In this document: positions 50,711 to 63,867 of the stretch, piece after piece
How the letters are laid out: the number at the start of each line of letters is the position of its first letter
Position numbering within the stretch: position 1 is the first letter of the stretch
DNA from: Takakia lepidozioides
Lineage: Eukaryota; Plantae; Bryophyta
DNA: 64,000 nt
NCBI GenBank assembly: GCA_030704615.1
Contig: CM060732.1
Location: forward strand, 18,476,001-18,540,000
Reading direction: 5' to 3'
Notes under the pieces: model-generated
Told to the model about the DNA's origin: nothing
Database searches by the model: none
Seen by the model: only the letters and a program-made list of their open reading frames with translations
Translations under genes and position numbers: made by a program

Positions 50711-53700
50711 ATGGCAGCGATTGCAGGGGCAGGATCCATGGTGGCATTGACATCCGCTTCTGGAATAGGAGCATCTGCACAGGGCTCTGGCTTCCAGGAA
50801 TTCACAGGACTTGCGGGGTTCAAGCCATTCGGTGCTTCTTTGGGGCAATCTCCTCTCCTGCAAAGTGAGTGAGTTCTCCTTCTCTATCTTTTGACTTTTT
50901 TCTCGAAAGAGAGCCAAAAACATGGCTTTCGATTTCCTTGTGCTTTATTCTGGGAAATGGGAGCATCTACACTTGGTTTGTGCAGATCAGCTCGCAGTCT
51001 GGTGTTGGGAAGTCTAATTTCCAGGTGATTCGTGCAGTTGCCGCAAGTGGACCACTGAGGATAGAAGCGAGCGAGCCAACCCGGAGAGAGACCATCAAGA
51101 AACGCCATCAGCGTCTTAGGAAAAAGGTGAAATGCTAATGTCAGGTGGCTTAGTGGCTTGGCTTTGTGTGGGGTTCCTGTTGAGAGCGGGAGATTTTACG
51201 AATTGTGTCGTCTTTCTAGCACATAGCAATGTCATGGATCAGGTCTTGCTGAGATATGCTAGGCAGCATACCTGTAGGACTGCACAATGACACGGTCATG
51301 TAGACCCTTCAGTTTTGGCTGTGGAGTTGTCCCACCCTATCCAGCCTCTCCACAATCACAAATAATAATTATTACTTGCCTTGTGCCTGCCCTCCGGCAG
51401 TGGAGGGTCCAACAAGAAAATGCTGAGTGGGCAAGTGGGTGGGCGGTCTTTTATGGGAAAGCTGAATGGGACCAGCGAGAGGCCACGTTTGGCAGTGTTT
51501 CGCTCCAACCAACATTTGTACGCTCAAGTTATTGATGACACCAAGCAACACACTCTGGCTCATGCTTCCACCCTCACCAAAGCCGTCAAGGAAGAGTTGG
51601 AGTTTACTGCTGCCCCTACCATTGTAAGTAACTCACTCTTTATTGTTCATACTGTGGGTTCATCACACCCTGTATCACATTCTAGAAAGATTGTACTCAT
51701 AAGATGTTGTTTGCCGTAGCCTTGTGGCCATTGACCCCGCGCCCAGTTTGAGCGGGAACAAAAGGGACAGAACCTACCTCTGTCAGGGGCTGACGTTGGT
51801 AGTAAGACTTACCTTCATATATAGAATTAATCCGGGTTTTCCAGATATCCTCTAGAAATCCCTTCACACAAGCATCAATCTGCTGTGTGTGATTTGCCCA
51901 AAAACTAGGCCTCAGGAGGGCCTGGGCTTTTGGCTCAGCCTCGAGACTTTCAAAGTTTATAAACAGGGGTATAGGCACAATTCCCTTGATAGATTTGAAG
52001 AGAGCGTCTCTTTGGTGAGAGAACCCCGGACAGTGTATCAGAAAATGAATACTGTCTTCAGATTGCCCACACAACGGGCAATTGCACTCTCCCTTTCCTC
52101 TCTGCTTCTGTTTGCTGTTCAAAGGTAGGCTTCCTGCCCTGAGTTTAAATTTCAGTCTAGTGCCGAGAGTGGGTAGACCCTTGAGAGGGGAGAGAGTACA
52201 TCCTTGAGCTACACCTTGGTCTATGTCAAAGAAGTTGGACTTCTGTCCGTTAACAGTGACACAGCTTTTGGTGTGAGCATACACGTTGTGGACAACTCTC
52301 CACATCTTTCCCTTGATCCCACAAGACCAGAGGCGGAACCATAGGCCATCTCTCCACACTGTGTCATAAGCCTTTTTGACATCCAGGAAAAAAACATAAG
52401 TGGGTTTCCCTTCTTTTTTCCTTCCCTGGATAATCTGGCTTAGAGTGAAGATATGATCCACACAGCCCCTGTTTCGCTGAAAGCCAGCTTGGCCTTCGTG
52501 GAAACAACCTCTAGACTCTAGATCAACCTCGAGACGAGTACTTATAACTCTGCAGAATGTCTTGCCAACAGCATTGAGGAGCGTGATGCCACGGTAGTTC
52601 CCCGGTTCTTCTCTGTCACCCTTCTTGTATAGATTGACAATGACCCCCTGTCGCCAGCGAAAGGGGATCATTTCAGTCTTCCAGATAAGGTTAAAGAGGA
52701 GAACTAGGGCCTTTATCATGGGATCGCCACCGTGCTTGATAAGCTCGTTGACAATAACATTTCAATCTCATTGGACCACCAATTAACAGCTCTACCGCAG
52801 ACAATTAGTTTCCTCCCAATGATCTTGTCAGCCACGGAGGAGACGAAACTCTCCCAAGAGTCCACTGCTCTTTCGACTTCATTTCTTGCGTTGTCAGAGC
52901 GAGAGTGAAGTTCTTGGAGCGATTGGACAAAATGAGGGAGAGCCTCTTGCAAGGCCTGGACGTACTCAGCCTTGACCTCCTCATTATGGAATTTTTCTAT
53001 GCGCCACTTCCGAATCGAACGTTTCACAGATCTCTTGGTGTTGGGAAAACACCTTTTGATCTCAGTCCAAACCAGGAAGTGGTCAGAGGTACCAATATCA
53101 GTTCTGTCGATCAACACATTGGCACACTGGGGGAACAAATTTTTGTCCATTATGATATAGTCCACAATGGAACGTTCCCCAGTTTGGGATTTCTCACGAG
53201 TCCACTGCACTTGGTCACCTCTTGTCCTGTTATTCAAGGTCAAAAGCTGAAGCTCTTCCAGACAGTTAATTAACCATCTGCCATTAGAATTCAGCTTGTC
53301 CTCACCAAAAGGCCCAATGATATCGTCCTGATGGAGCCCTTTGCCCACCCAGGCATTGAAGTCACCCAATAGCACCACCTGACCTTTGGCAAGGAACGAA
53401 GCACAGTCCAGTTTACATCTTCGAAGGCTTTGTCTGTGTCAGCACTAAGGGTCCCCTCTGTGGGCATGTAAACACAACCCACAAAGAGGTCCTTCGTACT
53501 CATGCCGCCCTTCAGATTCAGTTTTAGCCAGATACTATGCTCGTACCTCAAACTCTTGTTGATAATTTCACAATTGTCAAACAAGAAATCACGGACAAAG
53601 AATCCAACCCCTTTTTGACCGCGTTTGGCAGAGGCTGCCTTGCGAGTACACATCTTACTTGCCCATTTATAACCATTGACATCTCCAACCAGTTTATCCG

Positions 53701-54841
53701 ACGTTTCCCATGTTTCTTGCCCAGCACAGGTATGAATATCATTAGTCCGAAGAACTTGTCCCACTTCGAGTTGTTTCCTTTGGTTGGTCAACCCTGAGAA
53801 GTTGAAAGTGGCCAGCCGCAAGCCAGCCCTTTGCATGTGAATTGTTTGTCGTCTAGGTAGCTTGTGATTGCTCCTGGACGGCCAACCGTTCTGCAAAGGG
53901 GGGACAGTTACCGCATGTGTAGATTTTGCTCGTCTTGTGTAAACTTTGAGAATTGGTAAACCATTCAGGGTACCAAATCCTTCAGTTACACGACGCACAG
54001 GCTCCGCACACATAGGAACAGATTGTCCGTCAGACTGCTTGGGGACAATTACCCCGTGTATAGATTTTGCTCGTCTTGTGTAGACTTTGAGGATTGGTAA
54101 ACCATTTAGAGTACCAAATCCTTCAGTTACACGACATTCAGGCTCTGCACACTTAGGGACAGATTGTCCATCTGACGGCTTGGGGATAATTACCCCGTGT
54201 ATAGAATTTGTTTGTCTTGTGTAAACCTTGAGGATTGGTAAACCATTCAGAGTACCAAATCCTTCAGATTCAGGACGTTCAGGTTCCGTACACTTGGGGG
54301 CATCTTGTCCCTCTGGCTGTTTGGATTCAACCTCATCCAGAGCATCAAATCGATTAGAAACCCTCAAGTTGAAGTCCTTGCCGTTGGTTGTCTTCCTAGA
54401 GCGCCCCATTGAGACCGCTCTCCAGCCAGTCAAGGGACGAACTTCTTTGAGATTGAATTGATGTGGGACTCTATTAGAAGCACTTTTGGTCATTGCAACC
54501 TTCAACGTACCCCTGTTATCAAGTCTCGAGATGGAACCATTAGCCATGAAGAAAGAGAGGGAGGTAGAAAGAGATCTTTTCTCCAGAATTGCTAGTGGTG
54601 CACATTGGAATCAAGATCTTTGGGTGCATTGGTGTGGCACAGGGAGGACATCTAGCAGTATCTGACTGATAACTTTCCAATCTTTTGGCAGGATGCCGCA
54701 AAAAAAGTTGGGGAGGCAATTGCCAAGGCTTGCCTAGAAAAAGGTATTAGCAAGGTTGCATTTGATAGGGGCGGTTTTGTCTACCATGGCCGGATTAAGG
54801 CCTTAGCTGATGCTGCACGGGAGGTGGGCCTTGACTTTTAG
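50711..54841 (+). CDS. RPL18: Nuclear-encoded plastid 50S ribosomal protein L18 (exons 50711-50864, ~51038-51126, 51462-51623, 54692-54841)
   Basis: Transit-peptide-like N-terminus; [34 protein letters not shown]; [28 protein letters not shown]. The exon 2 acceptor is inferred from phase. Confidence 0.93.
51691..54564 (-). mobile_element. RTE/RTEX-like LINE in rpl18 intron 3 (APE + RT + C-terminal CCHC), with internal deletions and frameshifts
   Basis: CAGQETW, LLGDFNA, IVDYII, SDH; [28 protein letters not shown] joined directly to the C-terminus (YADD region missing); candidate TSD TAGAAAGA (51683-51690 and 54565-54572). Confidence 0.9.
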
Positions 54842-55015
54842 AGTTGAGCTTTGCTGTTTACAAGCATCTGTAGTTTAGAGTCTGAGGCCACCCAGCAGTC
54901 TTATTTACGTCCCTTTACAAAGGTCTTCTTACAGCAAGAGGGCATGTAAATCTCTTGCAACTTCAAATTTTGTGTTGTCCTTCCCCGGCAATGTAGTCTC
55001 TCTTTCTTGTCATCA

Positions 55016-55056
55016 ATGGCCACAAGGCTACGGCAAACAACGTCTTATGAGTACAA
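55016..55056 (+). mobile_element. 41-bp 5'-truncated insertion of the same LINE with a 17-bp TSD
   Basis: Matches the reverse complement of 51691-51731; flanked by TCTCTTTCTTGTCATCA (54999-55015 and 55057-55073). Confidence 0.9.
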
Positions 55057-58000
55057 TCTCTTTCTTGTCATCATCAGACAGTCATGGTTTCTGCCAGGCA
55101 ATCATTTGGTTATTACTTGCAACCATCTCTATTCGTAATCTCAGATTGCCATGGGCTCAACGGTATAACAGGAAAAACTTGGCCCCCCAAAAATGTACTA
55201 CGTTTTTCCCATGAGGGTTTCTATGTGAGACTCAGTTCCCCAAGTCCGGATTCTTGAGCCCCAAGCTTCTTACCAAGTTCCAAGTCCCAACCTCTTCAAG
55301 ATCTCTAACGTAATTTGGGCTTTCAGTGTTGCCAGACATGCCAGCCTCTTTCACTTCCGAAAGTTCCGGCATTATGTTTATGGTCGGGATTGCCATCTTG
55401 GCCAGCACAACTTCAGATGTCTATTCACTGCCTACTTGATGTCATATGCTAGTTCTGTTAATTTTAGGAATGCGAGGAGAAATGACAGCACGGTATTGGG
55501 TGCACGGGGATGTGCATCCATTCTGTGGTGTGGAAGGTGTGAATGCTAACCATGCTGCAGATGCTTCTTTCGACACCCGTGCTTGTTTGTCTCCCTCCGT
55601 CTCTTTCTCTGTTGTGTCGCAGGGACATGTTTGTGTTGTGTTCTCAGCACAGGATTGCACGTTTCTTTTCACACTTCATTTTATGTCCCTGTCACTGCCT
55701 CTCTTTCCTCTGTTTGCATTGTGTTGGGTTTGTGGAGTTGCCATCCCTGTGGTTTCCAATGAAGAACCAATTGATGAAACATGTCGTCAGTTCTCAAGCC
55801 ACCCACAAAGTGCAAGATGCTACTTCACACTACGCCTTTAAGCTGTATACTGCTCTCCATCGTCCTTTCTCTCACCTGGGGAGTGTTTTGATTTCGAAGC
55901 GTCGTAAGTATTGAAATAGCTTTTGAAAGTATACCGAATAATCTTAAGAACCCTTTTCATCTTTTTGAGGTTTCGTGAGAACCATTTCAGTTGAATGCCC
56001 AGGGATGCTTAGTCTGTAGACACTCAACCCACAGATGCCTTTCATTGCCGTCAGTTTCATCAATGTCCCTTGTTTGGCGACCCGGAAGTCGTGACAATGA
56101 GCTGCCGCTTACTGCATGATGAATTCGGTGAAAGCAGACAATTGAGTTCTTTATGATGTTATCACTGGTCAAACATGTGTTTGTCAGTGTTTACCTTTTG
56201 ATTCCAAAATTGTCTAACCGGAATCAAGCGGGTGAAGGTTCCTTGGGTTCCATAGCCAGCAGAGTCTTTCCTTCAGAATGTTCCTAACACCGGCCGAGCA
56301 ACAGGTGGAAGAGCTGGCAAGGCTTTAGTCATGAGCTTCATGAGCAATGAGTGGATGTATTCAGAGAATTTCTTGAGATGAATGATCTGGAGGGAAGGAA
56401 GGGAGGGTTATGGATCAATGATTAGAAGTATCTTTAGTCAGGGGACTGGAAGCTGTGTTACACCAAAGGTCCCAGGTTCTGGATTTAAGCTTCATTTGTC
56501 ACTAGTTGCCTGGAGGTGAGTGTTGTGCTTTGTTTTGTTACATGATTTGATCTTACATTGGCAAAGCCTTGGGTGGTGGACAATCAGGTGCGCAAATTTG
56601 TGTCTCACTGATTTGAAATGAATTTGTTGATCACGATGTATTTACTCTTATCTAGTTCTACCTATAATTCAAAATCGGAACTTTAGACCAGCCTCTAATA
56701 GTCTATCCCTATGACAATTGATAGGTGACTAGACCTCACTGTATGCAAAGGGGAATTTTTCAACCTGCATGCAGATATGAAAGCAAGCAGGTCTGCAAGA
56801 TCTGTCTCAGATTATTACTTTTCCGAAATCTTTGCTGGTAGACATCCGTTTTCATTTAAAATATGAAAGGAGTCGAACACTGTGACTAGAAGTTGAAATG
56901 ATGAGGCCAATTTTTATCTGAGGTCAGGAGCGTCACAAAAAGCATGCAAAGCGAACATGGGGGGAACCGGAAATTTCTTCCAAAATTTTCTGAGCCAGAG
57001 AACGAAAAGTTGTGGCCTTCGCTCTTGTTCAATGAAATGGATTTTTCTGTACAAACTCCTTATTACGTAAACTAGATCTAGAAGATTGAAAAAATGAGGC
57101 CAGCTAGTCAGAAATTACTATGCCAACACCATCACATATACATGAAGGAAGCATCAAAAGACCTGAACGAAAATTCAAGCTTGCCAATCCTCTTATGTAA
57201 TACTGTCAGATCTTGCTTTACTGTAGTCACCGTTGAATCTGTTATTATAGCAATAGAAGCCATCTGCCCAGACACTTCAATGCAACTGATCGCAGCCCCG
57301 CTGTTGCGGTCACCATCAGTTTGCAAACCGTTACGGAACACTCTTGTGGATTATCGTCGAAGAAGTCCTGCTGTGTACAGGTCCAATATTGTAGAAGCAA
57401 CAAGTGGGACCTCTGGTCAGCAACGAGAATTTGCTCAACAGATCCGTCGGGCCGTCCTGTGCAGGACAACAGACAGTTCATACGCGAGATTTCGTAGTCC
57501 TGTTTGTTGGTGATGTCTCCGACGGTGGGCCATCGCCAGCAGCAGCAGAAGCACAGTACACAACAACCCGTCTTCTGCCTGCCAATCGTCCACACGTATG
57601 ATCCTCCATCCGCAGACCTACATGAGCTTGAGATCTAATAGAAACTTGGAGTGTGGAAGAATGTGCGTGGAAGGATTCCTTCCCATCCACCAGCCGCGCG
57701 CAACCAAATGCTCAGCGGTGTATAAGGAGTAACAGAAGATTCTTGGATATACCTCCAGTGATGCTTCGATCCCGTCCATTATAAGCTGGGATCCCGTCAC
57801 TGTAGGAGGGAGTCTCGATCGTGAAGTTGATGGGTATTATTTTTTAGGTGCTGATTGGGCCGGGAAAAACATTTACAAAGTGACCGCTCAAAAATACATA
57901 CATATAGAATTGACATTTTCTCCTCTTTTTAAAGCGCTCAGACTGCCCGAAAGGGACGAAAACAAATCTAATACAAAAGGTAGTCGCTCGGATGGCGATG

Positions 58001-58073
58001 GCGGCCGACCAAATCCGCCAGCTCGGCTTCGCTCTGCCACCGAGACCTGGACCCGACCTCGACGACGATCTCT

Positions 58074-58083
58074 GTATAAATAA
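58074..58083 (+). promoter_or_regulatory. Putative TATA box of the secreted repeat-protein gene
   Basis: GTATAAATAA about 135 bp upstream of the ATG at 58211. Confidence 0.5.
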
Positions 58084-58210
58084 TCTTACGCACACGCTGT
58101 TCCATCATCTCTCGCCTCCAGTGGTGTTCTGAGAGTTTTCTGATCCGGTCTTTCCTTCTCCCTCAGAAGGATCTACGTCGCAGCCATCTGGAGTTGCACA
58201 GCAGTCCTCC

Positions 58211-59209
58211 ATGGCTGAGAAGGTGAGCAGTGTGACGATGGGTTTGGTGTGTGTGTTGGGTCTCTTTCTGGCTCTGGGAAGTGGTGTGGAGGGTGCCAGG
58301 ATGGGTGGCAAGACGCAGGTTTTGTATCAGACGTTGAGTGGCGTACCGATCGCGTCCCACAGCAGCTTCCACCCAGCCAAGGGGGATGTCCCCATGGAGG
58401 AGGGGAAGACGCAGATTTTGTATCAGACATTGAATGGTGTACCGATCACGTCCCACAGAAGCTTTGACCCAGCCAAAGGGGATGTCCCCATGGAGGAGGG
58501 GAAGTTTTCCGACACATTGAATGGCCCAGTACCGATCGAGAGATCGACCACCACTGCAGTAAACCCAGCCAAGAACGATGCTAGGGATGGCGGCGAGAAG
58601 ATTTTGTGGACGACATTGGACGGGAAACAGATCGCGTTCGCCAGCAGCTTCAATCCAGCCAACAAGGATAGGGAGGGCGGCGAGACGCAGAGTTTCTCCC
58701 ACACATCGAATGAGGCACCGATCGTGTCCACCACCACCGTCAACCCAGCCAATCTCAACGATGCCAGGGACGGCGACGAGAAGATTTTGTGGACGACAGT
58801 GAATGGGAAACGGATCGCGTACACCAGGACAGCCAAGATGGATGACAGGGAGGCCGGCAAGACGCAGATTTTGTGGACGGAATTGAATGGAAAACGGATC
58901 GCGTACACCAGACCAGCCAAGATGGATGCCAGGGACGGCGGCGAGAAGATTTTGTGGACGACAGTGAATGGGAAACGGATAAAGACGGATGCCAGGGAGG
59001 CCGGCAAGACGCGGAATTTGTGGACGACATTGAATAACAAACCGATTGCGTACACCAGCCCAGCCAAGTCGATGGATGTCCGCACCAACCTTCAGGGGCA
59101 GCCGAAGTCAGAGATGGTGACCACACAGGTACCAAAGTACCAGGCAGCACGATCGGAATCGACCTATGATTGGGCAATGGAGACCAAGCCACAAGATGGG
59201 CCGCACTAG
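58211..59209 (+). CDS. Secreted tandem-repeat protein (332 aa), function unknown
   Basis: Signal peptide ending GVEG-AR; about 9 repeats of K(T)QIL(W/Y)TT(L/V)NGKxIAY..PAK.D; TATA box upstream; GT-AG intron in the 3' UTR (~59219-59360). Confidence 0.8.
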   Translation: MAEKVSSVTMGLVCVLGLFLALGSGVEGARMGGKTQVLYQTLSGVPIASHSSFHPAKGDVPMEEGKTQILYQTLNGVPITSHRSFDPAKGDVPMEEGKFSDTLNGPVPIERSTTTAVNPAKNDARDGGEKILWTTLDGKQIAFASSFNPANKDREGGETQSFSHTSNEAPIVSTTTVNPANLNDARDGDEKILWTTVNGKRIAYTRTAKMDDREAGKTQILWTELNGKRIAYTRPAKMDARDGGEKILWTTVNGKRIKTDAREAGKTRNLWTTLNNKPIAYTSPAKSMDVRTNLQGQPKSEMVTTQVPKYQAARSESTYDWAMETKPQDGPH

Positions 59210-62200
59210 AAATTTCAGGTATGAATGCATGCAGAGATCTTTAATCGATTTATCAAATAGATCTTCAATATGCAGGTCTATGGCGTATTCAATCCCTTAG
59301 ATATGTATGATTCGTGAAGCATTTCAGGAGATAGACGAACCGTTTTTGTTCTTGTGCAGGTGTGCATGCAGTTGCAAGGAAACTATCGATTTCCGTTGGG
59401 AACGAGACCTAGAGAAACGATCAGGCTGCTGGGCCGGGGCAAAATATTGTTAACTAGTCCAGAACTGTATGTCGATTCATTCGGTTCGATGAGATGATAT
59501 CATCTCAGGTCGAAACGTCTTCAATAAGAATCTTTATGTTCACACATGCATGCGGCATTCTGTGTTCATGAGAGAATAAATTGCTGTGGTGTCCCTTGTG
59601 CTTTTGTACCACTGCTGGACATTTACAACTAGAAACGTCACCATGATTCTAGAGAGTGCCCATGGATGTGTGGATTATTGTTCCAAAATCATTTCACGTG
59701 CACTGATATGTAGAAAATAAAAAAACCACATGCTCCACCGCTTGTGTGCAGGGCCCTTAATTTCCCTTACAATAAATTGGGAGGCTCATTGACTTTTGGC
59801 TTCAATAAGTGGGGTTCAGAAGAGATGAATTCAGTCATTTAAGTTGAAACACTTTTATGCAGTGGAAGTTGTACACATTGACAGAATTTCTTAAATCTTT
59901 GCCTTGCTGCCGAGAAGAACCACCCGCCCTCTCCCCCAGTAATCTCCGCAGTTTTGTTTGAAGTCTTGTGGTGGATGAGTTCTACTGTCAATTTGCGTTT
60001 GTAGCCGAGTGTGCAGCTATGCTCTCGATGGCTTTTATAAATTTATGTAGTTACGGTAACATAACTTATAATATGTGTAGATTTGGGGACACTGTTTCTT
60101 GAAGTCTATACCGGTGGGCGACCAAGCAGTCAGATTCAGAGTAGTTGTGATTCGTGTTTCTTAGACCTATTGGTTGTTTCAATAGTCATGACATTTCACA
60201 TGTCTTAAAAGTGAGCACACTCTCACTATTGTCACATCTTCTTCATTATCCATTACAAGTAACTCTCTCTCTATATAATTCCTACATCATAGACTGAACG
60301 TGGCATGAAAATGTTCTATTCGAAGGAGAGAAGCTTCTTAAATTACTAAATGTTGGTGAGATCGTCAGGCATGATGGCAGAAGGAGCTTCTCTGAGCCTG
60401 TTTAAATGGTGTCTAGACTGCAGCAGCTCGATAAGGATCTGATGAGCCACACTTTGTTAGGGCCTCATTTCATACCCTGTCTCTAGACTTCCCTGCTAAT
60501 CGTGTTCCAGGCAACACCGTGACAATCCTGTCATCGATAGAGCTGTGACCCCAGTAATTTAGTAGGACTTCCTCCTTCACACATGTATAAATTATTATCC
60601 GAGAACTCCTATTTTGCATGTGTGCCAGCTAGCCAATAAAATGCCGCAAATAAATCATCTCTAGAGCTGGTCGAGACCTTGTTGTTGACCGGATTATCGT
60701 CAAAAGTGCGTGAGCACGATGGCAATTTCGAGCTGTCCCGTACACCTTGTCGTCGATTATGGAACTGGCCAGAAAACTTGTAGAATCAGCCGCCCTTGCT
60801 TACAGTGTACCGACTCGCACAGCTCTCTATCCGTCTCCCCTCTCTCAAGTGGTAACTGGTCTCCGTGTGGCAAGGGGAGGATAGATTCACAGAGAGAGAG
60901 GAAGCTGTGCCCGGACTCAATAGTCTCCCTTGCTGTTCAACAGCGTCTGTGGGCGCGATCCTCCTCCAAGGTAATCCGGCGCTCAAATCCCGGCCTCAGA
61001 TCCTGTACAGGGCAAGAAATAAAAGGGCAACAGTCCTCACTCAAGCGATCACCATTGTCAAGATGGAGATAACACTAGTTATTAGAAGATGGAGAACAAG
61101 AGTGACTCCCACACTGACTGTACACTTCTACCACATGTTGGCACCACGTTGGGCGCAGAGCACAATGCTGCGGCATCTACAGATGCTGAGTCAGTACTGG
61201 CTGACCTCTCTCCGACAGCTCTCCCGCAAAACACACTTGAGCTCATCAAACATATGTGAAGAGAAGACCGATGCATTGACCAGAGGCACTGAGTTGTGCG
61301 TACGTGTCAAATGGAGGTACGGGATGTACAGATGGATGGGCGCTGGTCTGACACGTGTTGCACCCGCCCAAATCTCTGAGCAAGTGATTTTGGGCCACGT
61401 GCTGTGGACACTTCCACAATCAGCCAGACTTTCTGATCCGACGGCAACTTCCTCCACAAGTAGATTGGAAGGTGCATTCTGGTAGTATATATACATATAC
61501 AGCCATGGATCTCTTAAACTCTTGGGAGTCGACATTATCAATTCCACCTGAGGGAGGTGGGCGGGGATCAAACATCTGCGATTGACAAGCTCACGAGCCT
61601 CACAATATTTGACAGGTAGCGTGTGTTTCTTTCTAGTAATAGAGCAGCAAATTCAGGAGAGTTAGATTGCTTAGTGGAGCTGCCTGAGGCATGTGTTTGA
61701 AGTATTTGAGAATAAAAGTTGCTGTGGATACAGCAGAAACCTTGCCTTTGAGGCCAGCAAATGTCTGGCATACTCAAGTGCAATATTCTCTACGTTATGT
61801 GAGAATTGGGTTGTTTCTGTAGGACTTCATATTGGAAGTGATCATTCTTGAAGCTGTATCGGCTAATTGATAGGCATCACAAATGTTTTGGAGGTGAGGG
61901 TATAGACAGTCATGAAACTTCCGGGGAAAGGGAGATGAGCAATATGGAGAAATGCTCTTGAAGAGTGTGAGAGAGACGATTTTTTTGCGCATTTCGTTGT
62001 CCACTGCAGCTGAAATGGGCTTACATAGGACCAAACAAAAGTTCCCAATGAGTCAAACCAGCAAACTCTGACCCGGAGTTCGTGGCAATCTCTTTTTCCC
62101 CTCTCCCTCCCCCGCACAGACACACTGCAAGGGGCTAACGGAACATGTGAATGTGGCTCTAAAAGAAAATAAAAGAAATAAGGCTCTAAAAGCAACACTG

Positions 62201-62247
62201 ACCCAGGTGCCCAATCTCCAGCTGACAACCTTGAGATCGCCTCACCG

Positions 62248-62783
62248 ATGGCGCAATCTACGATAATGGATGGATCGACACTGAAGGCCTTTGTTGAGAA
62301 TGAGAAGACATGGTCAAAATTTGTGGATGAGAAGTTTGCGGCCCTGGATAAAAGCCACACAGGCACTTTGACACATGTCGAGCTTCAGCCTGCCATAGCC
62401 GGAATCGGCAGCGCACTGGGTCTTCCCCCCATGGGCGAGTCTCCTGAAACAGACCATATTTATGATGAGGTTAGTCTGTCTTGGATTTCTCTATGGTTGT
62501 CTGTTGCAGAAGAGTCTCATCAAGCATTCATCAACAAACAATCACAATGATCAATCAATCCTCTTAACTGCACGTCCTGTCTTTTCACAAAAAGTTACCA
62601 TGTACACTACTGTTGTAATCCAATTGGATATGGGGGATAAGGAAAATTTGCTGAGGCTCACCAATTGGTATCAGAAATGTGAACATGGAAGTTTCTTGAA
62701 ATTGAATGCAAAAGGGCAGATACAAAGAAGACTATTTCTGTGCACCCGGGTCTTCTTTTCACTGTCAAGCTAACTTCAGAGTG

Positions 62784-62823
<40 letters not shown>

Positions 62824-63867
62824 CAAAGTACCATTTCATTTCATGTCTCTCTCTGGGGTCTTTCACTATGAGGATCAGAAATGCTTGGCAGCCTACCTGC
62901 ACGAGGCATTCACCCTTAGACAATCACTCGAACAATAGTTCTTATCTTTGACTCTGGTTTCCTGTTTTCTCTCATGTTTTTCTTTCCATTTTGTCCCATA
63001 AGCTCTATGAGCTTTCCGCGGACGTTATAAAGCACCATTTCATTTCATTTCTCTTACACACACACACACACACACATTCTCAGTTCTGCTCAAACTAGGT
63101 GCGGTGTGTCATAAGTACATTCTCTCAGAACGAGATATTTCTCTTTGACCATAGCCATTGCACCTTCAGAATGTGAGAGTAAGGTAATTATACAATGTTT
63201 GCCATAATCTGGTGGCCATAGACCCCGCACCCAGTTTGGGCAGATGTTGTTCTAAGAGAGAAATGAAATGAAATGAAATGGTACTTTATAACGTCCGTGG
63301 AAAGCTCACAGAGAGAGAGAGAGAGAGAGAGAGAAACATCAACAGACTCTTTCTTTGACCAAAACAAGTGCAATCTCTCTCATGACTTAGTCTCATAAAC
63401 CAAATCTGTGCTTCAACGAATTCCTTCTGATGAAATTCCTGCCTATCATGTCTTCTCATTTGTTTCTCTTTTACACTATTCTTTCTTCCGTCCTCTTTAC
63501 TGCACATGAAGTACTTGTTAACTATCATAACCCTAAGGTTAGCTTCATGATTTAATGCCTGCAGATGTTCAGTGAGTTTGGGCATGGAATGGGGGATGGG
63601 GTGACAAAGCAAGAGTTTTCAACGGTAATGCGCGACATATTGTTGGGATTAGGAGATGGACTTGAACGGGACCCTGTGTCCATCGGTGTGTTAGACGGGA
63701 CAGGCCTGCAAAATTATGTCCAGAGCCCACAGTTTGAGATTGATACTGCAGCCACCTTTGTTCAGCTGGATAGCCAGAGCACTGGCACATTGAAAGCCAG
63801 CACTATCAAGGAAGCAATGCGGAGAATATCAGTTGCTCAAGGGATGCCTCCACCAATGGACCCCTCT
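62248..63867 (+). CDS. Plant calcium-binding EF-hand family protein (exons 62248-62469 and 63565-63867; continues beyond the window)
   Basis: MDGSTLKAFVE...FAALDKSHTGTLTHVEL; repeated unit (LDGTGL...FVQLDSQSTGTLKAS); phase-0 GT-AG intron. Confidence 0.85.
63008..63308. repeat. Foldback (inverted repeat) of about 300 bp in the EF-hand gene intron
   Basis: TGAGCTTTCCGCGGACGTTATAAAGCACCATTTC pairs with GAAATGGTACTTTATAACGTCCGTGGAAAGCTCA; a second, inner stem is also present. Confidence 0.7.

Noticed and set aside
55900-57800. Possible decayed minus-strand gene (F-box-like)
   Set aside because: Only short ORFs, with no motif I can support.
53900-58500. Shared TLNG(L/V)PI between the LINE repeats and the secreted protein repeats
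   Set aside because: Only 6-7 residues with no extended similarity; probably coincidence.
58423-59088. 221-aa hydrophobic minus-strand ORF
   Set aside because: Antisense shadow of the repeat-protein gene.
60710-61485. ORFs of 120 and 206 aa
   Set aside because: No recognisable domain or splice structure.
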